Of a stretch of DNA of 64,000 bases, positions 1-12,971 are shown piece after piece. The number at the start of each line of letters is the position of its first letter. The first letter of the stretch is position 1. The position numbers and the translations under genes are program-made. Source of the stretch: Tubiluchus corallicola (taxonomy: Eukaryota > Animalia > Priapulida); NCBI GenBank assembly GCA_030141605.1, contig JAQGDQ010000849.1:23567-87566 (forward strand), read 5' to 3'. The notes below the pieces were generated by a model. That model was not told where the DNA came from. It made no database searches and worked only from the letters and a program-made list of their open reading frames with translations.

Positions 1-149
1 GTATATTATGATCTTTTTTTATTACCTGCAGACACTTTCTGTTTCTCTTTCTGGAATTTTTTGAAATTCTCACGTGCTCTTACTGTATTATATAGTCACA
101 TCACTGTAAACCTTACTGCATTATATAGTCGCATTACTGGGTTTTTCAG

Positions 150-287
150 ATCATAATGGAAACGCAACAAGCGAAGCAAAGTCTAGCGGATATTGAAGCA
201 AGACATAATGACATTATTAAACTTGAGACCAGCATTAGAGAACTACATGATATGTTCATGGATATGGCTATGCTTGTAGAAAGTCAG
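150..287 (+). CDS. STX1: Syntaxin-1 internal exon (SNARE H3 motif, N-terminal part)
   Basis: tttttcAG acceptor at 148-149, GT donor at 288. Translates [46 protein letters not shown], closely matching the syntaxin-1 Qa-SNARE helix. Confidence 0.97.
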
Positions 288-882
288 GTGATTATTTCTA
301 CTAGATGTAATCTTTTCTGATATGTGCAAATACCTATATAGACACGGGTGTTAATAACGATACATATCGATAATAAGTGACAAATAGTAAAATTTTATTT
401 ATACGTACAACAACACGTGTTATACTGTATATTTTTGCTACATTGACAATGCAGGTGTAGTTCTACAGTGGTACCTTGCACAGCTTGTAGCTGTAGAGTT
501 TACTGTAGATACCTAACAATCATTGCAGTGAGCAGTAGTTGACTTAACACAGGCACTGCTAGCAGCCAAAGTGATTGAAAATGCAAATTGTTTAATCTGT
601 AGTAGACTAATTATGCTGTTTACATATAAACTTGTGAAATGGCAAAAGTGAATCACCTAAATTATTGATAAATAAAAATCAAACAGTTTATCCAGTTATT
701 TTAGCATTTAGCAAGATCCTAAAACTGTCGATTGGTAAAATATGTTTAGCATTTTTATCAATGGCTTCATCTAGTTTTTTACATCTGCTAAGGTTAACCA
801 ATGTATCATCTTAACACGTATTTATCGTATTGTAACATTAGTATCTTGAGCTATGTATCATATCATGAGCTAGGTGCACCGT

Positions 883-1038
883 TAGCATTAATTAAAAAGG
901 TTACTAATTTCATCTCAAGAATAGCATTAATTAAAAAGGTTACTAATTTCATCTGAAGAATAGCATTAATTAAAAAGGTTACTAATTTCATCTGAAGAAT
1001 AGCATTAATTAAAAAGGTTACTAATTTAATCTCAAGAA
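883..1038. repeat. 39-bp tandem repeat, 4 copies (intronic)
   Basis: Unit TAGCATTAATTAAAAAGGTTACTAATTTCATCTGAAGAA at 883, 922, 961 and 1000. Confidence 0.95.
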
Positions 1039-1707
1039 GCAAGCGATAAATTTTGTTCTGTGATAAATTTTGTACCATGCAGGTCTGCACTGATTGGTTG
1101 AAACCAAATCACGTAAAACATAACAATATTTTGTTATTATAAAAGTGTTGATATACTAATAAACTAACTAATAATAAACATGATACAATGAATTCTCTGG
1201 ACTGAGTCATTGTTCAGTTTGTTGTTGCTTACAATTTGTAAATATTATTGTAAATAAATTTATTGTTGCTGCATTGGCAATTGTGAGCTTTGTGCGAGTA
1301 TTTGCATAGGTCTCAAATATCACCACTTTGTCGTATGATAAATTGTAGAGACGAGGCATATGTGCGACAATTCGTTTTAGTGCAGGTTTTTAAATTAAAA
1401 ATTGTAAGGTGTGTATGTTACAGTGTATGTAACAGGTAGATAATTAGTATATTTTTGCTATTGAGTGCAGGTATAGTTTGAAAGTATTACGTAAAATTTT
1501 GTTGTCAAGCAAAAATATATAAACAATCGTTGTTTATTAATTCAAAAGCTGCATTTTAAGATAATTTCACTTCTCATTCCAGTTGTCTTGAGAAATAAAT
1601 ACACTTTCTCACTTACCCTGCCATCTTGCAGACTTCTGCAGCATCACTAATCCCATCGTTGACTCTTTGAGAGTTGATTAATTGAAAATATTCGCGTCTT
1701 CGTTTAG

Positions 1708-1818
1708 GGAGAGATGATCGACCGAATTGAATACAACGTCGAGGCGTCAGTCGACTACATAGAAACGGCCAAAATGGACACAAAGAAAGCAGTAAAGTAT
1801 CAGAGTAAAGCGCGACGG
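1708..1818 (+). CDS. STX1: Syntaxin-1 exon (SNARE C-terminal half to juxtamembrane KARR)
   Basis: tttAG acceptor and GTAAGC donor, phase 0 at both ends. Translates [37 protein letters not shown]. Confidence 0.97.
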
Positions 1819-1906
1819 GTAAGCCAACAAAATCCCCAGTTAGGTGGCGTGTTATTAATTACCCTCCGCCTTTGTGGCACGGATTTCTTTCTGCAAATCA
1901 TTATTT

Positions 1907-2558
1907 GTGTGCTTGCAAACTAAAGTCGTCCATAAGTCGACATAGTTAAAACTTCGCTATGATGCTTCAAAGTAGAATGGATCAAAAATTTGGTCAAATG
2001 TCGATTTTTTGTGTTTTGTATAAATATATATTGGGCTTTAATATTCCAGCATCAAATTGTCAAGAAAATGTTAAAAAATACTAAAAATCTAATTTTATAA
2101 CCCCGTACTCACTTTTCTGTCTAGAAACTGGTATTGCAATTGTAAAAAATTCATATTTTCCAGCTCAATAGTAGCTCGTGGAAGCAGTCATTTTGCTTCC
2201 GGATTTTTCTGTTGTCAAGCCCAGATCTTCGTCAGAAAGAGCCATCTATTGGATTTAAACACAACATCAAAGTTTTCTTGCAAAGTACGTAGCAACCAAC
2301 ATTTGTGCGGTTGCTAAGTGTCTTGTAAAAACGTAACAAAAAACAATGGCTAACTTTTAACAGTGATTTTCTCAAGGTTATGTTTTTCACTGCATAACCT
2401 GCACCTCAACTTCAACGTGGATTATCTCAGCTTAGACATATCGCAGAGCGGTGAACTTGGTATAAAAATGATCCTCGTGAAATGGAGATTCAGGATATGT
2501 GAATAAACTAAAAAAACTTAACTGCTGACTTACAGACGATTTTGCTATGCAAGCACAC
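1907..2558. mobile_element. Non-autonomous DNA transposon (MITE family D) with ~30-bp imperfect TIRs
   Basis: GTGTGCTTGCAAACTAAAGTCGTCCATAAGTC at the left is the inverted counterpart of GACTTACAGACGATTTTGCTATGCAAGCACAC at the right. The body recurs at 11470-12165. Confidence 0.75.
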
Positions 2559-3844
2559 GTTTCTTGCAATTTGGACAGGCATGCTAATCAGCCCAGCTCA
2601 TTTATGTAGTATGTATGAAAGAGATTTGGCTCACCGATGCCGTACCACTTTGTTGTCATACTGCATTGGACTGTCTGCATGAACATTTGTAGTTCACTAT
2701 ATTTAGTTTAACCTTCCCTCTTTGGTGCTGTGGTCACATTTCTAGGTGCGGTGGTATGTTAACAGTTTTTCATACAACTAATCGAACTACAGCTGATGTC
2801 TAGCTGTAGTAAGTACACTTTTACCTATTTTCACAGTTCGTACAAGGCGTGGGTATCATTTGCTCTGATTCGTCGCGATCTGCATTATGATACGTCCGAA
2901 TCGATACTCGGTTTTTATTATGATGTTCATATCGAATTAATGCTTTTATAAAAATTATGCATAAACTGAAATTTTTATTGTAAAGACCAATTAACACGCA
3001 ATTGACGACATTCTGAATTTTCAAGGTGAGGGGCTTTTGACATGAAAAACCGATGCTTAACCTGCAATGATATCAAAAAATGAATTTAGTTATAGTAATG
3101 AACTGATACTGATACGATTTATTATCATTTCGAGTATCTGCTGATGTTGGTAATTTGGTAAGTTCTGCTGAACTTTATTGTGAAATCGTGCTGCTGTCGA
3201 CGAAAATTCGGGTGCAATCATGAGCTTTGGCAAATGGGGAAGTTTTAGTGGATTTTGCAGCCAAAATGTTAAAAATTCAACTGAAATTTGCTTCGATGTA
3301 ATGTCGTTTTGCGGAAAAATTAATAAACAGGTACATAAATCGATTTAAATCAGTTGTACGGCGATATATCGAGTATCGGTTTCCAGGCCTACTTTGTATC
3401 TAATAATAACAATGTTTTTGTGAGAGATTGTCAAAATGTTGTTGGCTTTAACTAACATTTTGCTCATAAATTAATGCTGTATTCATGCTAACATTGCTTT
3501 CTTTTGTCATTTTAAAATATTAGCACTTTTTTGGTGGTTAGCTGTCTTTTACCATCTTATTAATGGTGTATTTTTGATGAGAATGAAATATAATTAGCTA
3601 TCGTAATTTTAACTGAAGTGATTAAAAATTGCGAAAAAAATTGAATAAGACGATTCAATGAACTTGGATGTCATAGAAGGATGCGAATTTTGCAGTGAAC
3701 TGTAAATATTTTTATCACCTATAGAGGGAAGCACATTGCACATGTCATTGTATTAGCCTTTGTATTTTTGCTAGTCGCATCGAGAATGTTGTTTTGCCTT
3801 GTAAAGTTTTTTTTAGTTTTTGTTTTCATCTTTTTTGTTTGTAG

Positions 3845-3922
3845 AAAAAGATTATGATAGGTATTTGCCTGGCTGTTTTACTGGCGATTATAATTATTGT
3901 TCTTATCGTCGTACTTGGATGA
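3845..3922 (+). CDS. STX1: Syntaxin-1 alternative terminal transmembrane exon A
   Basis: Long T-rich tract plus gtAG acceptor, phase 0. Translates KKIMIGICLAVLLAIIIIVLIVVLG*. Confidence 0.88.
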   Translation, partial: KKIMIGICLAVLLAIIIIVLIVVLG

Positions 3923-4932
3923 TTGGAACGCCACTGTAGCATAGCTGGATATCGAGAACTAGCGCTCTACGCCGCGTTTCTGCTCGCAGCCACCAGGGGC
4001 GAACTCGACATCTGGCAGCGTCTTGCACAGTTTGCTGTGTTATGAAATATATGGACCACACGTGGATTTGGGAAGCATAATGGGTGATATTAAGATTTTT
4101 CTCTTCAGCCACTGCATCGTCTGCATCCTAAATGCATTTATGACGGAATTGCTGTAAATGTGTGATTGCTTGTATTACTAAAATATTAATGTGTTTGTGC
4201 GCAGAAATGTGTGACGTTGGGGTTAATGTTTTTCCACTCTGATGACAACTTTCTGGTGTCTAGTTGTTCCAAAAACTGTAATCTTCTACTTCTGAACCTC
4301 GTAGACGTGTAAAGTGTCAAAATTAAAAAGATTGAGCCACGTTTTTTCATCCTAGTGGGCGTTGCCTGCTATAAATCTCGTTGCCATGGAAACGAGAAAG
4401 ATCTCGTTGCCATAGAAACGAGAACGTAGGTAAAAAATCTCCTCACTGTATTGCCAAGGCATCCAAGATAGGCTTATTCTTCGGAAACTCTCGAACCTCT
4501 GTAGGTACTCGAAGTAGGGCATTTTTTGTTTAAGCAAAACTGTTCTGTTTAAGCAAACTAATTCCAAAGGATTGCACACTTTTTGTGAAGTGCACAATAT
4601 TGTAAAAAAAATTACTTTTGTATTTGTACAATGTCACCGTTTAGAAGGCATTCAAATGTTGTTGAAAAACTCCATTCATAAAGCAGAACTCTCGTGTTAA
4701 CGTAACCCATTTTACTACATCAATGTCTGATAGCCATTGTAAGTATTTTGAAAAAATAATTACACCTTTGGAGTAAACATTCCACATTTTTGCGGACTAC
4801 AGACGAAATCACTTGTAAAAGACGCATTTGCTGAAACTTTGTCCAGTTTGTTATGAATCACAGAAAACAACATTATTCTGCCCGTGTTATTTTGGACAAC
4901 CATAGAGGGCAGCGCTATACTTCTCTGCACCT

Positions 4933-5326
4933 AGGGGTGAGCATTCTCTATCAGAAATGCGAACTCGAATCAAGTCTAATTTTCGATTCGACGTTTGAGC
5001 TTGAATCAAACCCAATTTTGAAATTGCGAATCGAATCAGAATTCATTTCTGAAGATTTTTGAATCACTAATCAAAAACAATCTCACAAAGATCTTGCATA
5101 CTAGTTGATTTTGTTCTGCAGTAAAAACACTGATTATTTATCTTAAAATTGAGTAAAGAAATCACAGCTAAATTGTGCTGATCACGTGATGTTTCAAACG
5201 TTTTCACGATAAAGAACGTTCTTAGTTGAAGTGCAAAATTATTCGAATCCGTAATTTTAGGTTTGAATCGAATTCGAGATAAAAAACTCATTCGTTTCGA
5301 ATTCGAACGTTCGATGGCTCACCCCT
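4933..5326. mobile_element. MITE with 10-bp TIR and internal TTCGAA-rich subrepeats
   Basis: AGGGGTGAGC ... GCTCACCCCT perfect inverted ends; many TCGAA/TTCGA motifs near both ends. Confidence 0.6.
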
Positions 5327-5848
5327 GATCAACACTACAGTTAATATACAAGAAATGAAATAACCAATGATCATAGCTTATGTGTGACACATCACTCTTT
5401 CGGAAGTTAAGCAGCATTTGATGCGGTGAGATAGTTACACTTTGAGTGGTTGTGATAACTCACGTGATTTTAGTAGCCATCTAGGGTGTTCGCAATTTCG
5501 TGCACAAAAGCGAACTTAACTGTATCTATAAATACCATAGCCAGGATTTTAGAAGTAATTTTGTAAATTAACGTTTGTTTGACAATCGTGTTTTATGCAT
5601 TCGAGTGAATGGGTGGTACACGTGTGTTGCTGACTGTGTTCATGTATGAATTATTGTCGCATTCTGCTGGTTTTTAGGCTGTAAAACTGTATTATAACTT
5701 TCTCATATATTATGATACATTAAAATGTATTATAGAACATTTTTAATCTAACCTTGTCATCGTATGTTTGTAAATTAAGTTCTTGCGTTTGTGTTAAATT
5801 TTAGACTTAACTTGTCGAGTATTCGTAAATAACGATGCATGTGCCTAA

Positions 5849-6465
5849 AGGAAGACTGGACGATTTTTCATATACTATCACATTTTCAAGTCTAATAAAA
5901 AGTATACATTTTAACACAATGAATACTGCAAAAACGTTTATGATTATTAAATAATAGATTAAAAACTTAATTAATGGCGGGCGAGCCCAACTAGTGGTGA
6001 CATCACAAACTAACGTAATTTTCAACAGCAAAAATATTCCTGGATCATGTTGCACGCGTTCCCGAAAGTGAAAATTGAAGTACTGTGCTACTGTAAGATA
6101 GTCAGTGTGTTGTACTAAAACTAGACAAGTTTTAAGATAAAAATTCAAATTTCAAATTTACCCCTGTACTCACGCATGAATTGTCAAACGTGTGCAGTAC
6201 GTCAAAAACTAACACATCTGAACTGAGAGATACAGCACCTGTTTTTGTGCAATGCGTTTCTGAAATCCAGGCGCTAGTGCCCGTCTAACTAGCGAATGGC
6301 GAAATGCATGTAACAGTGAAGAACTAGTAACGTGAACATGAAATTGTGTGTGTGGTAATAATTCTTTCACGTAAGTCATTTTTGAAAAAATAGTATGTTT
6401 CTTTTCAATATTTTAAAGAGTAGATTGTTTTTACCTACAGTTTAACATTGCGTCCGGTTTTGCTT
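5849..6465 (+). mobile_element. TTAA-target MITE family A (Kolobok/T2-like), copy 1
   Basis: (C)TAA|AGGAAGACTGGA ... TCCGGTTTTGCT|TTAA; homologous to 12417-12971 and 36373-36986. Confidence 0.85.
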
Positions 6466-8403
6466 TTAAGAGTTTTTGACTTTGAAAATGTTACTTGTGT
6501 TTCTGACTGATGATCTCTGTTGAAATGATCTGTAGAACAAACATTACTATAGAATTGATAGAGCTTCTGTGTTGATGAACAGTTAGCTTCCTTTCTGTTC
6601 GTGGCACAACTTTTGCAATATTTCTAAAGGTACTGACACACTTCCAGCTAGAGTACAACTAACTGCAAAGACATTCACGAGCAAGTTTCGAGTTTTTCGT
6701 TCGATGTACGATCGTAGTCGAACGCCGAGAGGCATTCGTCTTTTAAGTTTTTCATTCACTTTGTGGAAACCCAAAAGTCATTCTAGTTCAACGCCTATCC
6801 ATTCTAGTAGCACGTCTATGACACATTTTTCAATTTTTGTTTATTTAGTTAGACGATTTCAGTTGGAAATGTGTTTGTGCTTAAAAAACAGCAGTATCAT
6901 TTGGTTCCGAGTGGTTTTAATGCCTCGGACTTCTGAAATACATGCATGCTATTGTAGTTGGCATTTATAAAAAAAATTCGTCTTTCTAAGTCTAAGCACC
7001 ATCAGGGCTAACACTACCTGTACAATATTATTATTAAATCTTGCCCAAATAAAATGTGTATTAATATGTAAAATTTATCCTTATTGTTTTTTAATTATTG
7101 GGATATACTTCTGTAAATATAGCCCTTACAGATTATAATGTTTTGTTGTTTAAAATAATTACGTTTTGTTGTTTGAAATTGTTTCATGTAAATAATAAAT
7201 GTAAGTAATTCATAAGCTCACCAAATCAACATTGCTACTGTCTTTTATTATTGAACTTTTTTACCATTTTTTATTTTGAAATTTTTATTGCTGAAGCTTT
7301 TTGTATATTAGAGAACCAGCGTTTAGAACTAACTGATTTTGCAAACAGAATTATTGTATAATCTGCTAGTAGTAGATTGTTGTGAACAAAGTGGCAACTT
7401 TTACCAACATTGTGGGAACAACGTGGCAACTTTTAGCGACATTGTGGCAACTTTTGTCAATATTTGGGAACCTCAAGACATTTTTACAAGTCTGAGCATC
7501 TCTGTGACGGCCAATTATTATTCGTCTAATATCAAGATGGCTTCATTGCCTTCATTGTTGTCGTAAGTGTTTTAGTGATGGCAGAAAAATGCTGATTGCC
7601 TGTGGTAAGTATTCTAATGTACAGTTAGTTTTTTTTTGCTTGTTGGTGTTGTTGTTATTGCCAATCAGCATAGCTGTAAACTTGTTTATTTTTTACAAAA
7701 GCATGCTACACTTCAGAATATGTTTGCATCCCATGCTTGTCGATATTGTCATATTTTACCAATTTAAGTGTAGGATCGCTGAAGTCTGTTCGGCGATTTA
7801 ATGCATTTTGATTATATATTACAAATAGGTTATCAACTTCAGCGTTAAACTCTCTACGAAATCGGGCTTTTGAGGCTTTCATATTTACGATTGTTCTCTT
7901 GTTTGTTTTGTGACTACTACAGTGTGTTTTGGCAAGGACCTCTATAACTAAATGGACGTGACACGTAAGTTTTGTATCTACGCACTCAGGCTATCGCATA
8001 TTATGAGATAATTGATGAAGAACATAGTTTGTCTTACTAGTTTAAGTAATAAATTTTAGCATTTTAGGAAACTATCACCTTCTATATGTTTTTCTCCAGC
8101 ATATCCTTGTCGGCAGCCTAGTACACAACAATGAACAGGCATAATGAGGATTATCGTAGCAATAAAAAGTCTAGCCCAGTAACATAAATAACATGACATA
8201 GCAACAAACACTTCAGCAAACTCATGCACTTAGTTTCAAGTACCCGCCTAAACACTAGACACTGTTTGACCTGGCAAACTGAGCGCCTGTCGTTAGCCGG
8301 AGATCGTAGAACAATAGTCACATGACGCAGCATGTGTCACGTCCATAGAGGTCCCTGGTTTTTGCAGCTTTGTATTTTGACTAGTACTGGTTTCTCTTTA
8401 CAG

Positions 8404-8484
8404 AAAAAAATCATGATAATTATATGCCTTTGCATATTGGCGTTCGTAATCGCGTCGACGTTTGGAGGCATATTCGGCTCATAG
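8404..8484 (+). CDS. STX1: Syntaxin-1 alternative terminal transmembrane exon B (canonical STX1A-like tail)
   Basis: tttctctttacAG acceptor, phase 0. Translates KKIMIIICLCILAFVIASTFGGIFGS*, resembling the vertebrate syntaxin-1A tail KKIMIIICCVILGIIIASTIGGIFG. Confidence 0.93.
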   Translation, partial: KKIMIIICLCILAFVIASTFGGIFGS

Positions 8485-10896
8485 GAAATGCTGGAAGGTT
8501 CCCAACTTTTTACAATTACAATGATTGCCTGCACGTTGAAAGTGTGTTGAGTATAGCTTGCCGTATTTGGCAGCTTAGACATGTCGTCTGATGAGAACAA
8601 CCTTGTCTTGAATAGATTTGAGTGGTTTCTCCACCGTAGGATGTTTGCAAACGCATGGAATTTAATCTCAGCATTTGTGAATTTTCTTATTCGACTTTAT
8701 AATTAGAAAATTGTATTATAGAATTATTACTGTATTCACGATCTAGGCTACTCGCTCTAACCAAACATTACTTATTCTATCCGGTGGCAAAACCGAGTTC
8801 AGTATGCAAAAGTAGTGAGAAATTTTGCTACAAATATGGATTTCTCTTGTCTTTTAAATAGTAATATAAATTATTATTATAATCGTTTGAGGTGATAACT
8901 AAATAATTGTGACATATTCACTTTGTATATGTTGTATTGTACATAGCGGCTTATTGCATTTCAATTACACCATCTCTTTCTCCCTAATGTAGCTTATCTA
9001 GTTTTAGTAGTAGTTGGAAATTTACAGTGTAACTATTTCAGATTTCGTGCTACACTTATGGTGACTTAACTAGAGTTTTAGACCAGTTATTGTAAAGTTC
9101 TTGTTCAACTATTGTGCAACTTAGTGTAGATTAGTCTATCTATTACAGCTAGGTATTCTTCTGTTTGGAGGTGAACTTGTTTACATAGCAGAATTATAGT
9201 GTAACTACAAAGTAAGGGTACAAGAATGCACCCTTGTGGTACACCTGCACATTTGTCTCGTATGTGTTATTCTATTTTTGATTGTTACTTTGCTGAGTTA
9301 TTGTAAATACAAGGTAATGACATTGACTCTTACTGCTGTGTTAAGTGTGTTTGTAAACTAATTATGATTATCGTGTATAAATGATGTTAGTTGATTATTT
9401 ACTTTGTATCGTACGGCTGAAGTTAGTCGCTTTTTTCAAGGTGGTTGCAATTTTCTAACTATTAGCCAATTTATTTTGTTGATATGACCTGAACGAAATA
9501 TCAACTCAACAGTCAAGTGAGAAGTTGCAACCATCTCTGGTAAATGATGCACTTAAATCGACGTTAAAGGGTTAAATACTTGGTTTTTGTTGTGTGTTGT
9601 AATAATTCTTCTTTTGTTGCAGCAAATAATGTCAGCTAATGATGGGTGATGCCAGGAACTTAAAATAATCACCATTATTGATTATTCTTACCTCAATAAT
9701 CGATTACTTATCTGATATTAAGATTGGATAAAATAAACTACTGTAAAAGCATTGTACTGATTTGCGCATTGTGGTTAATGTGTTGCATCGGTGCTACGAA
9801 GATACGAAGTTTGCAATTCACACAGCAATTTCGTCTTTGGCTTAAACAGCATTTCATATCAGGATGAGCAAGATGCATACGACTGTGTTGTTTCATCAAT
9901 ATAGAAACTAATATACAATAATGTGAAAACTGATTGGCCAACAGGAATTTCCTCTTTAGCAAACATTGCTGTATCTTTTTTTACAAATGATTGATTGAAA
10001 GAATTAAAGCCCAAATTTTTGACAGTAAAAATTAATCTTCTGGTAATCGATTAGTGGGAACGTAATCGATGCTTGAGGTTTCAATGAGCAATTATAGTAA
10101 TTTATAATCACTCATGCCCAATATTACTATTGCATAACTACTGCATTTGGAAACAATTGAACATTTTTTTAAATACGTAGTTCGTTAATTTGGGTTGTAA
10201 TACTTTTCATCACTTCCGTCTTTTTGTTCAGTGCTTTACAGTTGTTATTTAAAGGTTTAGTCGTCACTGAATAATAAGTATTGCATAATAGCTTTAAAAT
10301 TCTTGAATATTATTTAAAAAAATCGACAAGTTTTTTTACTAATTTTTTACGTTGGTAGCATAACTATGACACACGGAATGGCTTCTTCGTGGGCCGTAAC
10401 TTACTACTGCATAGGTAAAGCAATAAGATGTTACTTAACATTTGTCTGCATTCTGTTGTGTTTCTGTTGTTTTGGTAATTTAATTGCATCATCGAGTGGT
10501 AGGAGTCTAGATGGTAAGGTTTTTAATTGAAATGTTATTATTGTAAATAAGTAGACTGCTTTGTTAACTGATAGCTTGTTTATTATTATTGCTAAAAAGA
10601 AACAAAACTTGTGTCTTTGGTTAGACTTTAATGAAGTGCTTTAAAAATGTTTTAATGTCTATCGTGTAATTTTGTTTTTCGTATCTTATTGTACAGTATT
10701 TTGCTTTCATTTTATTAACTTACAGTCCTAAAGTAAGTGCCGCTATCGCCTCTCGAAGGTTTCCTGTCTTTTCAAACTGGAATGCTTTTGTTTCTTTAGT
10801 CCATTGTACTGAAATAAATTATTTACATTATTGTCACTCTATATGTTCACTGTCATAATAATTTAATGACAATTGCACATTTTTTGCTGCACATTA

Positions 10897-11016
10897 TGTC
10901 CCCGCTTAACGGCGACCCGCTTAGCAACGTTTCGTTTTAACAACGCTAACCTTTGACACTTTTTTCCGCCGCGTTTTGCTAGAACACATTGGCGTCATTA
11001 AGCGAGGACTTGCTGT
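10897..11016. mobile_element. Small pogo/Tigger-like MITE remnant
   Basis: GTCCCCGCTTAACG ... CATTAAGCGAGGAC imperfect inverted repeat ending in CTGTA. Confidence 0.4.
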
Positions 11017-11244
11017 ATTAAATAATTAAAGACTTTAACAGTGGGTCCATTGTTAGCTATGTTGACTTCGGACGTGTAATAATGTAGAAACAAATGTCAA
11101 TGCTTCCTTTATTGTGCTGTTAATACTGTTATTATAGACGTTTCTTTTGGATTTTTCACTTGCGTTGTGTGAATTATTAAATTACATAACATGCCGCTAA
11201 ATTCGCTGTTTTGTAGCTTTTTCACAGTGGCCTTTGTTACTGCC

Positions 11245-11465
11245 AGCTTCACTAGGGTAATCGCTTCCCGCCTATGAGGTCATGTGTTCAGTTCCTAGCC
11301 CGGAGTAATACGGAAGAATTAAAAACCGACATTGCAATTTTTCCGCCAAGCACAGGTTTATTGAAGTCACTTGTGGACAACCTAGAAAAAGTGTATTATA
11401 GTAATACATTAAGTGTTATCTCTGGACTAGGACCTAAAGAAATGTTGTTGTTGTCATCATCATGC
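11245..11465 (+). mobile_element. Possible tRNA-derived SINE
   Basis: B-box-like GTGTTCAGTTCCTAG near the 5' end and a (TGT)n(CAT)n simple tail; single copy in the window. Confidence 0.3.
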
Positions 11466-11469
11466 TAAA

Positions 11470-12165
11470 TGTATTGGACTTTTATATTCTAACGTCAAAT
11501 TATCAAGAAAATGTTCAGCAATACTAAAAATTTAATTTTATATCCCCGTACCCACTTTTCTGGCTAGAAACTAGAACTGCAATTGTAAAAAACTGTTATT
11601 TTCAAACTCCGATAGTAGCTCCTGGAAGCAGTCATTTTGCTTTGGGATTTTTCTGTTGCCAAGCTCAGATCTTCGTCAGGAAGAGCCATCTACTGGATTT
11701 AAACATAACTTCAATATGTTTTTGCAAAGTCCATAGCAGGCACACTTTCGTACAATTGCTAAGTGTTTTGTAGAAATGCGACAAAAAACAATGGGTAACT
11801 TTATCCACATCATCAGTTCCTTTGATGATTTTGAAAGCTTGTATTAAAGGAAGAACCAACCCTCGAACAACATTTATTGTATTTTAATATGCAATTAAAA
11901 AAATTGAAATCACAATACAAATGCAGTACAATACAATGCATAGACGCGACAAAAAACAATGGCTGACTTTGACAGCATTTTTTTCAACATTATGTTTTTC
12001 ATGGTGCAGCCTGTACCTCAACTTCAATGTGGATTATCTCAGCTTAGAAATAACATAGAACGGTGAACGTGGTATCAAAATGATCCTCATGAAATGGAGA
12101 TTCAGGATGTATGAATAACTAGAAAAGCTTAATTGACTTATGGACTATTTTGCTATGCAAGCACA
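11470..12165. mobile_element. MITE family D, 5'-truncated copy with ~140-bp internal insertion
   Basis: Colinear with 2030-2557. The insertion (~11800-11945) is flanked by a duplicated GCGACAAAAAACAATGG. Confidence 0.8.
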
Positions 12166-12416
12166 GTCGCACACATTTGTATAGTGTAGACCTACCACCA
12201 CAGACACAGTCCTAAGCATTGAGTAACTTACTGATACAAACATAGGTGGTGCCACTTGTTTTACAGCCAATAATATTCGTGCTCGTAGCAACTACTAGAA
12301 GTCGCAGTCACCATAAATTTTACGAGTTTCCATTATTAGCACGTAAATCATTATCAATCGTAAATGTGGGCTCAGTTTTGTGAAAGAAAAACAAGTGACA
12401 TCCAGCACCTACTTAA

Positions 12417-12971
12417 AGGAAGACAGGATGAGTTTTCAAATACTACCCCATTTTCAAGTCCCATAAAAAGTATACATTTTAACACAATTAATACTGCAAA
12501 AGCATTTCTGATAATTAAATAATAAATTGAAAGCTTAATTAACAGCGGGCGAGCCCAACTATTGGTGACATCACAAACTAACATAATTTTCTACAGCAAA
12601 AATATTCCACGAGCATGTTCCATGTGTTTGCGAAAGTGAAAATTGAAGTACTAGTGCTACTGTAAGGTATTCAGTGTGTTGTACTAAAACTAGGCAAGGC
12701 TAAGATAACAAACTAACACATCTGAACTGAGAGGTACAGCACCTGTCTTTGTGTGCAATGCGTTTCGGAAATGCAGGGGCTAGTGCCCGTCTAACTAGCG
12801 AATGGCGAAATGCATGTAGAACAAGTGGCGCTAACGTGAAGTTGTGTTTGTGTGATAATAATTCTTTCACGTAAGTCATTTTTGAGAAAATAGTATGTTT
12901 CCTTTTAATATTTTAAAGAGTAGATTGTTCTGACCTTTGACCTACAGCTTAAGATTGGGGCCCGTTTTGCT
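12417..12971 (+). mobile_element. TTAA-target MITE family A, copy 2
   Basis: TTAA|AGGAAGACAGGA ... CCCGTTTTGCT|TTAA; colinear with copy 1 apart from an internal deletion. Confidence 0.88.

Noticed and set aside
1714-1923. 69-aa standalone ORF
   Set aside because: It is the syntaxin exon read through its splice donor into intron and MITE sequence.
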